Shown here: positions 40,303 through 52,824 of the stretch, piece after piece
How the letters are laid out: each line of letters opens with the position of its first letter
How positions within the stretch are numbered: position 1 is the first letter of the stretch
From: Nymphaea colorata
Lineage: Eukaryota
DNA: 64,000 bases
NCBI RefSeq assembly: GCF_008831285.2
Contig: NC_045138.2
Coordinates: 28,954,001 to 29,018,000 of the forward strand
Direction: 5' to 3'
Made by a program: the position numbers and the translations under genes
Notes under the pieces: model-generated
What the model was told of the DNA's origin: nothing
Seen by the model: only the letters and a program-made list of their open reading frames with translations
Database searches by the model: none

Positions 40303-42887
40303 AGAATTCATAAACTATGTTATTTTATGTTATTTATAGAGATCAGGGTCCAAGAAAGCAAATATACACTGTTCAGGCCGGATGCAGGGAATGTTGTTGG
40401 TCTTGGGAGATGGCCTATGTTTATTTGCAACTTTTGTGCAGTTGTCCGTAAAATAAGTCTTATATGCTTATACATCTAGGCACACGTTTGTGCTTCCCCT
40501 GGATGGATATATGTATGTGCAGAGTGGTATTAGTACTATTGACAGTTGCATTTCCTACACCTAGTCATTGTTCAATACTACTGAATGCAAGACATTCTCT
40601 GGAAACTCTGTAACGCTTCACATCGAGTTCCTTCCTGCACATACACACACACACTTCAGCACAGTAGTCGCCTATATGAAGATTGAATTAATTGACCCAG
40701 TGGCAATTAATTCAAGTTTTCATTATTCTGTTTCTTCTTTCTTCCCTTGCTCTTTTTTACTGATGGAGTTAAAATAATTATAATAGATTATGCAAAAAGA
40801 TGCACCCAGGTATGACTGCTGGTTTCGATTCAGACTTGGCTAGTATGCAAAAAACTGCATTCATGAGGCATCCGATGTAGCCTATAAAGGCCAAATGCCA
40901 GGTCTCTACCCAACAACTTCACCTCCCTTGAAGTTTTCTTATCCTCTTAACATATTTCACAAGTACCTCTATTGAATAACAGTAGAATAAGTTTTAATTT
41001 CAATATAACTTTAAAATCTTCCTACCTGACCTCACTACTTTCCAACTTGAAAACCTCTTGACCCTTCCAAACCTTAGGCAAGGGAAGGCAGAACTTTATT
41101 CTGCAGAAGCCTATATGAATAATGAAGTTTAAAACCACAACCAGGTCGCCTGATAATCAGGAAGTCTCTATTTATAGAGGATAGACACGGCCTTCAAGGT
41201 TAAAGGGAAAGACAGCCCAGAAGATTTTTTGGGTACGCATTGGAAGGGAGAATCTTTTCAGAGACGAAAAATCAGTGTTTGTGTGGAAGGCTGAATCAAT
41301 TTTTACCACCAAGAAATAAAGTTCTCCACATGTATGATGAAATTTCTGAAAGTTTTGCATATTGTTCGACATGCGACTGCACTAAATGCCTAAATGAAGA
41401 ATATGATGAATTTTCGCAAAAAATGTGGGAATTGAGCAAAAGAATGTGAACAGTTTATCTGATATAATCGTTTGGGGCAATCTCATTGAGGGCTCCACAA
41501 CCAAACACACCCGTAGACTTAGTTTTATTGCGACAATGAGAAAGACGAAATCTGTATGTCCATGCCGCCGATTCCTTCTACAAACAGACACAGGCGAAAC
41601 CATGGGAATGGAGAAATGGCTTTCGGTTTTATGCAGCACGCGCCGCAGCGTCTATTCCTCCCAAATGAGAAAGAAAATGCCGTTCTTAGTGTTTCAGTTT
41701 ATATGTTTCCATGAATGTTACTGCTATTGACGAAAGAGCTACATTAGATACAGCAATCAAGACCAAGGGGAATACTTCCCCGAATTATCAAGGTAAGACC
41801 AACAAAACTGATAAGCAATCTGCTTGGAGACAATGTTTGCCAAAACTGATGAGCAAGCAATCTACCTGGAAATCATGTTTGGCGGGTGTTTGGATGAGAC
41901 ATATCTAACCTAACTTTGTGAAAACTTAATACTTGGTTTACCTGTTTGGGTGACACCTAAAACCTAGTTTTATGAATAACCATCAGGTTTAACTCTTTTA
42001 TTTTTCCTTCAGTTTTGATGGCACCCAAACATTCCAAACCTGGTTTTAGAGGCAAATAAACCAAATTCAACTGTTCAACACATTTAACAAATAAACCAAC
42101 ATAATGAACCTGACATATTGCCCCAAAACAAGAAGTTTACAACTAGAAGAGAGCTTTTACAACAGCAAGTTCTTCAGTACCTTGAACCTTCTCTCCAGCG
42201 GCAGTGAGAACATCGTGTGTAAGCATACGCAGTTCACAGCAGCTTCTTCTAGTTTTCACATAGATCGATGGGATGGCATCAAACATGAATTACTATCAAA
42301 TTAGCAGCGCATTCCACAATCCGCTTAGCCATATTCCATACATATCAATACACAAAAGTTACTGTTGACCAATCAAAAGACTGGTTTAAGAGCCGATCCA
42401 TGACAAACAAATAGTTGAGCTTGAACGAAAAGTACTCCATGAGGCCCCTTCATTTTCCCTTGAATCTCGTTTTTGTTTTATTCGTGTTTTGCCAGCAAAA
42501 GGATTGATTCGCAACTCCTATTTTCATTTCTCCGTCCATTCTCAGAAACAAGCACCCCCTCAACCTCACTGAGAACCGAAAATACAGATTACTTGATAGA
42601 TGGGTCTGGCAAATCCTCACCTGCTGGACAAAAAAAAAAAGAAAACCTTAATCTTAAAAAAGCACAAGAAATAGGCAAAAGAAGTAGCATCTGGAATTTT
42701 GGACAGTCATGTGAATTGCTGAAACAAGGTTTTGATAGAAAGCCAAGTATTAACAATTTCATTTTCCAACAAAAGATTATCAACCAAGACGCAGAGTATT
42801 CATAACCTTTAACATAACTTGTCTTAAACTACTTAAAGCCGCAAACACTATCCAGGAATAAATTGAACTATCGATGTATAAATATAA

Positions 42888-42906
42888 TGTGTGTGTGTGT
42901 GTGTGA

Positions 42907-42953
<47 letters not shown>
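42888..42953. repeat. Compound (TG)n(TA)n microsatellite
   Basis: Direct reading of the sequence. Confidence 0.95.
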
Positions 42954-42954
<1 letters not shown>

Positions 42955-43645
42955 GCAATGCTGTTGATTCTATAAATTCCTGTTCATAACAAACACATCA
43001 AATCATTGTCCACTATGGCAGTTCCAAAAGGGAATGCCTTTAGTTCCCTTCATTATGGCCTTTTAATTGTTTTCAACTCGACCAGCAGCACTTTCTGCTT
43101 TCTTCCAGTAGCATTAATACGATCAGCCAGTTTATATTTTAAATATATACATCATAATTAACAAAGTCAGTTTTTCTCTTTCATGTACCAACATCAATAC
43201 CATCAAATTTTCAACATCTGTAGCACTATTGTCAGCTACAAACATTTTTGGTACTCCACACACAAACTGGATGCATGAATGCATGTGCAAGCAGATGTGC
43301 GAGAAAACAGAATGGCTGAGAAAGAGATCCTCGAGGCCCATTCATATGCATATGAAGCCAATAGAAGTATCCACCTTCCTCTTCGTCCACAAGTGGCTTA
43401 TGACCAACATCAAGGGGTTGATCTCTGATTAGCAACAAAGACAACTTTACCAATCCGCCAGATTGATAGTGGATCCATGCACATGATAAAAAGATAAAAA
43501 AGTAGAGAACAGTTCTCAAATTGACTGTGGGTGTTAAATTCAAAAAGCTCTGGTGAAATCTGCTTTAACACCCAAACCCCAATGGTGATAACGATTTTTA
43601 AATATGAAAATGTGACAGGAGACAAGGAAAACAAGGAATGAAACC

Positions 43646-45478
43646 TCACCTGCCCTTTTCGAAAGCAATCCTGGTTCTGCTAGACCCTCCTTCATAACTT
43701 TCCCTCATTGCAGAGCCAGCACTGGCTTTCATTGTGCCCCCACCACCAATTTTATCCATTGCCTTCTTACCCTTCTTCACCTCTGTCAAGAACTGGTCCA
43801 GACCAAAAGGATCCGCTTCTTCTGCATCCTTTTCAAACTCAACAGGCCTATCCCTAGGTCCTGCCCTTTCACTGGTACCCGCAAAACTTTTATCTGGCTT
43901 GAAACGTTCAGTTTTGAGAATCTTATCCAGTTGCTCATCCCCACCACCGTACATATCCGCATCTACATCCTTCTTGGGCCTGTACAGACTAGACAAAGTG
44001 GGCTGTGCATTAAATAGACCCTTGTCATATATATTGTATTGATCATCTGTTGCAAACCCAGAGTCCATTCCTTTCTCCTGGTTAAAGAGCCTTTGATCAT
44101 ACATGACTTCTCCCGTTCTTCCAGCACCAACATTTGCCATTCCAAGAGCAACCTTCTCACTAATATCACGATCCTTGTCTCTGGTGATCTTACTCTTCTT
44201 TCCCATGGCAATATCCTTAGCTTCCAGCCTTCTCTCCCTCTCCCTCTCACGCCTTCTCTCCTCACGAATAGCTTCACGCTTCAACCGCTCTTCCCTTTCC
44301 TCCTTTGTCTCTCTTGGATTCTCCTTCAACCTTTCAGTTTCTACCCGCCTTTCACCACCACTACTAGAGGGAGCGGCAACAGATGCCATCCGCTCTGAAG
44401 CATCAACTCCTGGCTTCTCTACAGGACCAGCACCCGTCCTCTCCAAGCGAGCCTTCTGAGCCAAAGCACGCAGTTCCTGCTCCTTCTTATCCTTCTCCTT
44501 TAGTAAGAGTTCCCTCTGTATTTTCGACCGCATCTCAACAGCCTCCCTGGCCTTCTGTTCAGCAACATATAAAGCCTCAGATAGTTTAGCAAAGTTGTCA
44601 TTGATCTGAACTTCCTGCAACCCTCTGCCATCTGCAGCCAAACGTTTATCAAGTGGAATCGTGTAACCTTTGGGGTTTTTCCAGTTAGAAATGCAAGGTG
44701 GTATCTTCCAATCTTGTTGGTCCTTTACAGTGACTGGACGAGGTGGTGAATGGAGGACCGGCACAGGTGGAGAACCAGATGCCTTTGGAACCCTCTTGTG
44801 CTTAAACTTGGGTGGCTCTAGAGGGTCAACTGGCATTTCCACCATCCGGATAATCCTTTCCTTGGCACCGGAATTAAACGCAGCCGATTGTTGGGATGGC
44901 TTGTATTTGATAAATGTTGGATCAGAGGACTGTACTGGTACATTCTTTGGTTGGGCAGCACTCAACCGAACATTGACAATCTTCTCAAGTGCCTCTTTTG
45001 TCCTTTGAGTTGTCTTCTGGATCAACTCATCTTCCTCTTCTTCATTCTCTGCAGCTTCCAAGCCTCCACCCTCACCTGGGAGCTTGGGAAGGAGATCCTT
45101 ATGCTGAGAGTAGACAATTTTGGACGCATTCTCATTCTGCTTCACAACAGCATCATAGGCAACATTGCCTTCGGCATCAACATTGACGGGCAAGGTCTTT
45201 GCATCTGGTTTAGGCTCCCGCCTGCCCATATCAAGAGGATATTGAGCAACATGGATCTCAGGAAAGGCACCGCCATCCCCAAAATCCTCAGGCTTCCGTG
45301 GGACGAATCCAGCACGCTTACCATATGGTGGGATCTGCTTGGCCTTCACTGAATGGATAGAGGAATCGGGCTTCGATGCTGGGTCAAACCGATCCTTGAA
45401 CCATGGATCAGAAGAGAAATCATAGGTAGCCGGAGTGGACGATTTAGCTGGAGGAAGCAGTTCCTTTAAAGATAACAT
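43646..45478 (-). CDS. SKIP: SNW/SKI-interacting protein (Prp45/SNW1 splicing factor), 610 aa
   Basis: Uninterrupted ORF from the ATG at 45478 (MLSLKELLPPAKS). Hallmark motifs include DFGDGGAFPEIHVAQYPL, DPLEPPKFKHK, WKIPPCISNWKNPKGYTIPLDKRLAADGRG, YDQRLFNQ and DPFGLDQFL. The upstream extension in the ORF track runs through an intron acceptor. Confidence 0.97.
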   Translation of the reverse strand: MLSLKELLPPAKSSTPATYDFSSDPWFKDRFDPASKPDSSIHSVKAKQIPPYGKRAGFVPRKPEDFGDGGAFPEIHVAQYPLDMGRREPKPDAKTLPVNVDAEGNVAYDAVVKQNENASKIVYSQHKDLLPKLPGEGGGLEAAENEEEEDELIQKTTQRTKEALEKIVNVRLSAAQPKNVPVQSSDPTFIKYKPSQQSAAFNSGAKERIIRMVEMPVDPLEPPKFKHKRVPKASGSPPVPVLHSPPRPVTVKDQQDWKIPPCISNWKNPKGYTIPLDKRLAADGRGLQEVQINDNFAKLSEALYVAEQKAREAVEMRSKIQRELLLKEKDKKEQELRALAQKARLERTGAGPVEKPGVDASERMASVAAPSSSGGERRVETERLKENPRETKEEREERLKREAIREERRRERERERRLEAKDIAMGKKSKITRDKDRDISEKVALGMANVGAGRTGEVMYDQRLFNQEKGMDSGFATDDQYNIYDKGLFNAQPTLSSLYRPKKDVDADMYGGGDEQLDKILKTERFKPDKSFAGTSERAGPRDRPVEFEKDAEEADPFGLDQFLTEVKKGKKAMDKIGGGGTMKASAGSAMRESYEGGSSRTRIAFEKGR

Positions 45479-45523
45479 CTTTGCCAATGCAAGAAAGCTA
45501 AGAAACACAGCAGCAACAGAACT

Positions 45524-48500
45524 CTGCAAATACAACAAAAAATTTGTGAATACCCAACAGCAACTAAAACGGTAGAACCATAAAAAGAAACAACGTTGAA
45601 CAAATACAAACATGTTCTTCTCCCTAATCTATGGAAAGGGAAAGTGGAGAATCCAAAGAAACAAAAACTTAAAATTAAAATCCATAAATGTAAAAAAACA
45701 ACTTTATCAAACGACAAAAAAGGCCTAAACTTCAAACAAAACGAAAACTCATGATGTTTTTGGCTTCAAGAGGTCACTTCAGAACAAAAACCACAATTAA
45801 AAAGAATGTTGACAGATAATCACTAGCACAAACAATAATCCTACTAGCAATAACAAAAATCATAAATGAATCAAAAGCATAGAAGATTGATGCAACGAGT
45901 TCGGTTTAAGCCTCAAAGAGACGAATCCCAAATCCAGTGCTGTTAAAGGTGATGAGGTGAAGTTGGATATTGCACCAATCATGAAGGGAGGCATAAGTCG
46001 TGAAGTGTTAAGGGCTTAAAGCGTAAGCTAAGGGACAACATGGTGAAATATAAAAAATTTGCAAAAAATTTTGAAAAAAGCACACAAAATAACGTATATA
46101 AGTGAACAATAACATTAAAAAAACAATTAACTTGTGTTAATAATCTCTCATTCACACAGTCACTTGCAAAACCAAAGTCAAAGACATATTTACAGTGCAA
46201 AATAAAAAAGTACATGCACAATCAGGAAATCATATTGAAAAAGGCTCAAAGAGACATGTGGTCATCCCTAGATGGACCTGTCCTAGCAAAACCTTCTAAA
46301 CAGTGATATCTTTTTTATCCTTACAATACCTTCCAGGCAAAAAAAAGTCTCATGTACTAACATAGTTTAAATGGAAAATCAAAATAATAGAAGTCAAAAA
46401 ATATACCAAGATGATCCCCACAAAAACCACACACAAGCTTCAAGCATGCCAACAACTCAATGAAAGACAAAAGAAACAAAAAAGAAACAAGCAAAAAAAG
46501 ACCCTTATTGCAAAATCAAGATTGAAAAAATCAAAATAGCAATTATAATTACCATGAGACCAATTGACCTAGCTGTAATCCCCAAAATTAAAACCCTAAA
46601 CACACTAGAAAAGCCAATTTGAGCAAGAGAAAAATAGAGTAGATATGCATAAGAACTGATTTCTCTTTTATAGGCAGAACAATTAGTTCTATAACTAGTA
46701 ATAACCTGAATAAGGACTGGAACATGTCTAACTCTTGCTAGACAGAAATAAATACGAACACAAGATTGCAGTTTCAAGATTTCACTTGGGGCCTGTTTGA
46801 TGGGCTGGAAATTTCCTGTAGCACAGGAAATATTTTTCAAATTTTCAAAATTTTTCCTCCTTAACAAACGTGGAAATTGTTTTTGAACGTTGAAGCTGGA
46901 AACGGAAATATATTTCCGGAAACTTTTTTCCAGCCAAAGAGGTGAAAAAATTTTTTTGGAAATTTTTTTTTACCGTTACGCCTCTTCCTCCCTCGCTCTC
47001 CGCATCCCTTCTTGCTCCACCTCCCTTCTTCCTCCCTCCTTCCCTTCTTCCTCCACCTCCCTTCTTCCTCCCTCCTTCCCTTCTTCCTCCGCCTCCCTTC
47101 TTCCTCCTCCCTCCTTCCCGTCTTCCTCCTCCCTTGCGTCTGAGGAAGAAAGAGGGGACGCCATCACCCGTAGCAGCTACGTCTCATGCCAGAGGAAGAA
47201 AGAAGGGGAAAGAGGATAACCCTAATCTTTTATCCATTCCGCCCCTTCTTCTTCTTCTTCTCCTTCATTTTCTATTTCTGCGTCATCCATGGCTATGTCC
47301 AGCAAACGTGCCCTTGAAGAAGAAGAAGGAGAAGAAGAAACTGAAAATAAACAGAAAAAACCAAATAACTTACCTTTGATTTTCCAGATGGACGGACTCA
47401 CCGGTGGCTGGAAACTGCCGGACGCCACCGAACACTGCCACAGGCCGGTGATGGTGGTAAAGGAACTTCACGGTTGGAGAAATAATGGAGAGCACAGAGA
47501 AAAAGTTGGGGAAGAATGAGCATACCGTGACACATTAGGGCTTACATAATTTTTAAAATTGACTCACCAATTTGCTGAAATTTTCATAAACAGGTTTAAA
47601 ATTTTTAATCGTTTATTCTAGCAACATATTCTAAGACTTGGTTTACAGAAAAAGGTTTTCTGCATTTTGCTTTGCAATTTCGATAATGCTATGTGTATAA
47701 TTCTAGAAATGAAATGGGGTTTAACCTTTGAAAAAAAAAATTGCTACTGACCTACTCTCAAGTTTACGAAATTTGATTAAAAAGTGCTTAAGCAGTTTTA
47801 GGCTTTTGCACTTAGAAATTTTGTTTATGTTAAGTTGAAGGAATTTGAATGCAGCTTTTTTTATATCCCTTTTATGGATAATTGGATATATAGCTTACCT
47901 TCTTACATCTCACTAAACCTAGAAATATATTCGTTTATCATCAAACACAGAACAGTCATCACACACACACATCAAAATGGGAATCGAAAAGATTTTTGTC
48001 ATTCCTTTAATCCAGAAAATATATTTCCAGAAATATATTTCCAATTTCAGATTTCCAATTCATCAAACAGCCCCTTGAAGAGTTTTGCCAGTTCAAGTTC
48101 AATAAAATTACTGAAAGTGAACCACAAAATGATTTGGGTATATTAACATGATGAACAAGCAGTAGACTCCAAGTACTACTGATTTTTGAGACAATCTTGG
48201 ATGAACTCGGGCACATAACAAAGGTGTTCCACATAAACTCCGGTGGAGCCACGTCAGTTCCATGAAGAATGCATTGCTTCAAGATTAAGAATTCGTGATC
48301 TAAACTTAGTCTACCCGCAAGCCGACTAGTTTAGGGGAAAGCACGTTCTGCCAAAGATAGAAAGAGTTCTACTTGGACCTCGAGCCTATTTCTTTGCAAA
48401 ACTAAGAACTTCAACAAGTCATCCTACATGTAAGCTATGATAATATAATGCTTTCAAAATGGACACGCAGATCAACAATTATGGTTCAATAGTGTAAGAA

Positions 48501-49341
48501 ATTGACCGTCTAACATTGCAAACTTTCAAGAGGCACAAAACAAAACCATGAAAAACCCAATATGGATTGCAAAACAAGAGCGGATCAGGAACTAAAAATC
48601 TGCTTGTTCAATTAACTATTTAATTAAGATATGTTTTGATGACAGCCCTCCTTTGGGATCCCAAGTTCTTCTGCCAACGAAACATTCGTTAACTGTATGG
48701 GTTTTGGCTTGTGAAGTTATGAGCTTCAAATGAAGAAAATCAGATGACTTACATGTGGAGGAAAAAATCGGAATAGTATTATATTGGAAGATTTTAAATA
48801 GAATGATTATTTTACATATGCATAAACTAGATTTCTACCTTGTGTCATGGTGCATAGCTTTCTATGGTTTCCAAACAGAAAATAGAACCACAAAACGTCT
48901 TCGAACAATCTACCAGATAGATGCGGATCAGTCCCGCACGAGGTCATCACAACTTGGGGGTTTCTTAAAACATTTTAATGGGCTATCTCTCGTGCCAACT
49001 TGCCACCCATTAGAGAAAATGAAAAGCACATATCAACTTTGCTAGACGTATTTGTTTCTTCAAATTTCCTGACACCAACTTAGGAGGCAAGAACAGCGGT
49101 GCCGTAACCAATTAGAGGTATCTTCAACTAGAAATGGATTCATATAATAAACATGATTGTAATACTTCTATTTAACAACTACGGCATGCCTTCTATTTTT
49201 TTTTCACTCTTGGACTAAGATAAGGAGAGAAATAAACTGAGAGAGACTGAGGGAGGGCGATGGTACCCTCACCCATAGAGAGAAGGGAAGGGGAAGGAGG
49301 AAGAGGGAAAGACAGGGAAGGAGGGAGAGAGAGAGAGATAC
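45524..49341 (-). other. 5'UTR intron of SKIP (~3.8 kb)
   Basis: Donor GCAG|GTATCTCTC at 49341 and acceptor TTGTATTTGCAG| at 45524, 45 nt before the ATG. T-rich on the minus strand. Confidence 0.65.
46789..48074. mobile_element. Non-autonomous PIF/Harbinger-like element (~1.29 kb) inside the SKIP 5'UTR intron
   Basis: 14-bp TIR GGGCCTGTTTGATG / CATCAAACAGCCCC (1 mismatch) and 3-bp TSD TTG (46786-46788, 48075-48077). Internal CT-rich tandem repeats at ~47010-47130. Confidence 0.75.
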
Positions 49342-49530
49342 CTGCAAGTGGCCGGCGGTGAGGACCGAGAGCGAGATAGAGGGAAGGAACCCCTGAGAGG
49401 GACGCAGAGCTTCGTTTCTGGAAGGGAAGAAACGTGTTTTCTTCGGTGAAACCCTAGCCTCGACGGCTCAGGGACTAGATAGATCCGAAGACGACCAAGA
49501 GAGAAAAGGGGGAGAGATCATCGCATAAAA
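49342..49530 (-). promoter_or_regulatory. Probable non-coding first exon / core promoter region of SKIP
   Basis: GC- and CT-rich leader on the minus strand with a telo-box-like AAACCCTAG (~49449), ending at the 49341 donor. Confidence 0.55.
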
Positions 49531-50359
49531 GGGAGGAAGCCTTTGGCGGTGTTGATATTCGCGCCAATAAGTAGGGACTCTGCTGTCAATTTACATTCTT
49601 TAAATAATTGAGAACAGACAAACGGATCGGGTCTGGATCCTTCTACTGATTCGACTTAGAATGAGATGATCAGCCGACGGGGCCGTTCCCTATTGCATTT
49701 GCACATCTTCTTTGGTTAAATATCATCATTTCAATTTATGCTTCAAATTTTTAACAATAATTAATGTGAAATCCACTTAATCAGAAATCTGAAATTCGGC
49801 CTTGGGCTGCTTTTTCTTCCATCTAATTGCGTGACCTTGTATTGTTAGAATAAATAATTTATCATCATAAATGTGTCCATGATATTCTAGATATTATGAC
49901 GAATATTTTTGTGAATTATGTAATGCGACAGGAAATATTAATCGATATCGCCAGCAATGAATCAAGTACGATTTGCGAATCAGTTTTAGAATTACTACCA
50001 TGTCAATCAATCCGATTTGCATCTGATATCAAACCGAACAGCCTAAAATAGTTGGATAAAAAAAAATTGATATCCAATAAAAATTTTCATTTTGAAATGA
50101 CATCCCATTGAGTTCATATTCAGATTTAAGTAAATATTAATCATGTTCCGATTCAGATAGGATATAGTTTTAGATATATATCTTAAACTCACTGACTAGA
50201 ATATGGTTTGAATTCGGTTTAAAAGTCTGGTTAGGTTCGAATATTAATCTAAAAATCGGATTCGGTTTATGAATTCAGATTCTAGATTTAAGTTGGTATT
50301 CGATTTTTCTTCATCCAAATTTGAATCCAAATATATACATATTTGAAAAGAAATGAATA

Positions 50360-50852
50360 TAGAGGTGAACAACGAGACGAGCTACTCAAGCTTGATTCGT
50401 GAACAAGTTCGAACCAAGTCATTTGCTTAACAAATCAAGATCGAGTTCATGAGTCGACTCGTTCAGCTAATCGAGTTGGGTTTGAGCTCCACACGTAACT
50501 GTTGAGTCGAGCTTGAGCCTTAATCGAGTTTGTCGAGCCTTAATCAAGTTGATATATTCATACGAGTTTGTCGAGCTCGAGCTCCACACGTAACGATGAA
50601 TATCAATTCTATTCAAACGAGTCTTTCGAGTCTCAATCGATTCGAGCTTGAACTTAACAAGTAACGATAAATATCAATTCTATTCAAATGAGTCTTTCGA
50701 GTCTTAATTGAGTCGAGCTCGAGGTCAATATGTAACTACTGAGTCAAGCTCGAGCTACTTCCGTCGAGCTATTCTCGAGATTGATGTTTCATTAGTAGAA
50801 CCGAGCTCGAGCTGACTGAACTCGGGCTTGACTCGACTCGTGTTCACCCCTA
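50360..50852. mobile_element. Non-autonomous DNA transposon (hAT-like ends), full-length member of the 2655-3066 family
   Basis: TIR TAGAGGTGAAC / GTTCACCCCTA with many internal TCGAG repeats. No intact TSD. Confidence 0.7.
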
Positions 50853-51308
50853 ATCCCTTGACAACGATCGTTAAAAATTAAAAATCCATTACTAAAACAT
50901 CATAAACAGTATGAAAGCTATTGTTGCATCATAAACCATCACTAATGCTCTTGTTACCGACTCTTTTTAGCCACCTGACTTTTCATTTTTTATAATTTTG
51001 CCTCCACCATGCCCTCCACGATAAACATTTCTCTACGTACATTCTGATTTATCACACCACCGATGGCTAAGACATGTGTGGGCTGGTGTGTGCAATTGCC
51101 CGCACTAGTTCACAAAAATATCTTCATTTTGTATTGGCACTTCTTTAACTTTTTACTTGTTTACATTGGTTGCCCTTTAAAATTTAAAGGTTCGAATTAT
51201 TAGTGCCCCTTAACCAAAAATTTATGTCTTTGTCATTGCACCAGTGTACACAGCTTTTGGCAGTTTCAAAGGCAACGGTTCGAATTTTCACTCCATGGGA
51301 TTGCTAGG

Positions 51309-51501
51309 CAAGGGCGGAGCCAAGATTTTTTTGTCACATGGGTCAAACTGTAGTTTCAAAATTTTAACAGAAATTTTTCAATATATATATATTAAATTTT
51401 TATGGATTTATATATAAATTTTTAAAGTTTTTAAAATCTGAAGTATAAATCAAGGCCCCTGCCCTGCCGCCCACCCACTGACCCCCCTCCCTCTACCCCT
51501 G
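51309..51501. mobile_element. Degenerate hAT-type MITE
   Basis: CAAGGGCGGAGCCAAGATTTT ... CTCTACCCCTG, with flanks TTGCTAGG / TTGCTTAC (partial TSD). Confidence 0.55.
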
Positions 51502-51609
51502 TTGCTTACCAATCCACAAAGTCGTTACAATAATTGTGAGGGGCGGGGGCAATCCAGATGAACCAAAACTCCTCAACTTGCATCTGAAATGTAGGGCTGC
51601 TTTAATACA

Positions 51610-52043
51610 TATACATTATCAAATAAAGTGGTGTGTGCTTCATTATTTGCAGTGTAGAGGAGTAGCAGTCATAGGAATCAAACCGGCAACTAGTGTGTTT
51701 CGCGTTCACCATTCTAAATAGTTATATGCCCTTTGAGGCTTAAAAATATAGGAAATGTATACATTATCAAATAAAGTGGTGTGCGCCTCATTATTTGTAG
51801 TGTAGAGGAGTAGCAGTCCTAGGAATCAAACCAGCAACTAGTGTGTTTTGCGTTCACCATTCTAAATAGTTATATGCCCTTTGAAACTTAAAAATGTAAG
51901 AACTATATACATTATCAAATAAAGTGGTGTGCGCCTCATTATTTGTAGTGTAGAGGAGTAGCAATCCTAGGAATCAAACTGGCAACTAGTGTGTTTTGCG
52001 TTCACCATTCTAAATAGTTATATGCCCTTTGAGGCTTAAAAAT
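51610..52043. repeat. 148-bp tandem repeat, 3 near-identical copies
   Basis: ATACATTATCAAATAAAGTGGTGTG starts at 51611, 51759 and 51907. Confidence 0.95.
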
Positions 52044-52824
52044 TAGATGGGGGAAATGTGTGCCCAATTTAAAGTTTGACGAGATAAGTGTTTGGTGAAA
52101 TTGTTAAGAGAAAAAAGGGTATTTGACTGTTGCAAGAAGTGCATGGCATAAAAAAAAAATAGTGGGGTTTACACTTTTAGTTGGAAAATTGAAGTTTTCA
52201 TATTCATGTGATTTGTTTATAAAAGGAGAAATTTAACCTTCTTTTAATGCCAATATTTACGAAAGAAGGTTGTGTTTGATTCCCACAGATATCATATTAG
52301 AGGAGATATCATATTAGAGGAGATCTAAAATCCACAAACAGTTGTTTTCAGCATTCATCTATAGATTGTGTTTGATAGTCTCAAATCAGAGGCTGCAATC
52401 AAGGGTGTGCATTGGAAGAACCCAATATCTTATTAAAGTGGACCTTAAGTTCATATTACATGTTAAAAACCATGAATTTATTGGGGGGTTCAACTTCAAT
52501 TCTATTGGTGTCATATCACCATGGATCTCAAATCTGCGGTGAAACAAGCACACATGGATCTCAAATTCATGACGTCGTGTAAAAAACATGAATTTGAGAT
52601 CCCATTAAAGGGAGGGGTGGGTTTGGACCTCAAAATTGTAGATCTGAGATCGGTGATAATCAAATGCGACCTAAGGTTGCGTTTGATAAGAACCAAGGTT
52701 GCGTGTTTTGGAAAATCTAAGTTTAAAGAAAGCAAGTTCCAAATAACACAAATCTTAAATGGAAAATCTGCGATCTCATATCACCGGTGAACTGAAATCA
52801 GTGGTAAACAAACACACCAAAATA

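Noticed and set aside
43734..45352. Several antisense ORFs over SKIP (and over the PPR and RCC1 genes)
   Set aside because: They are shadow ORFs of real coding sequence with no independent evidence.
45479..45613. 45-aa N-terminal extension of SKIP in the ORF track
   Set aside because: It runs through the 5'UTR and the intron acceptor at 45524. The conserved protein begins at MLSLKELLP.
46890..47519. Pro/Ser/Glu-rich ORFs
   Set aside because: They are translations of CT-rich tandem repeats inside the Harbinger-like element.
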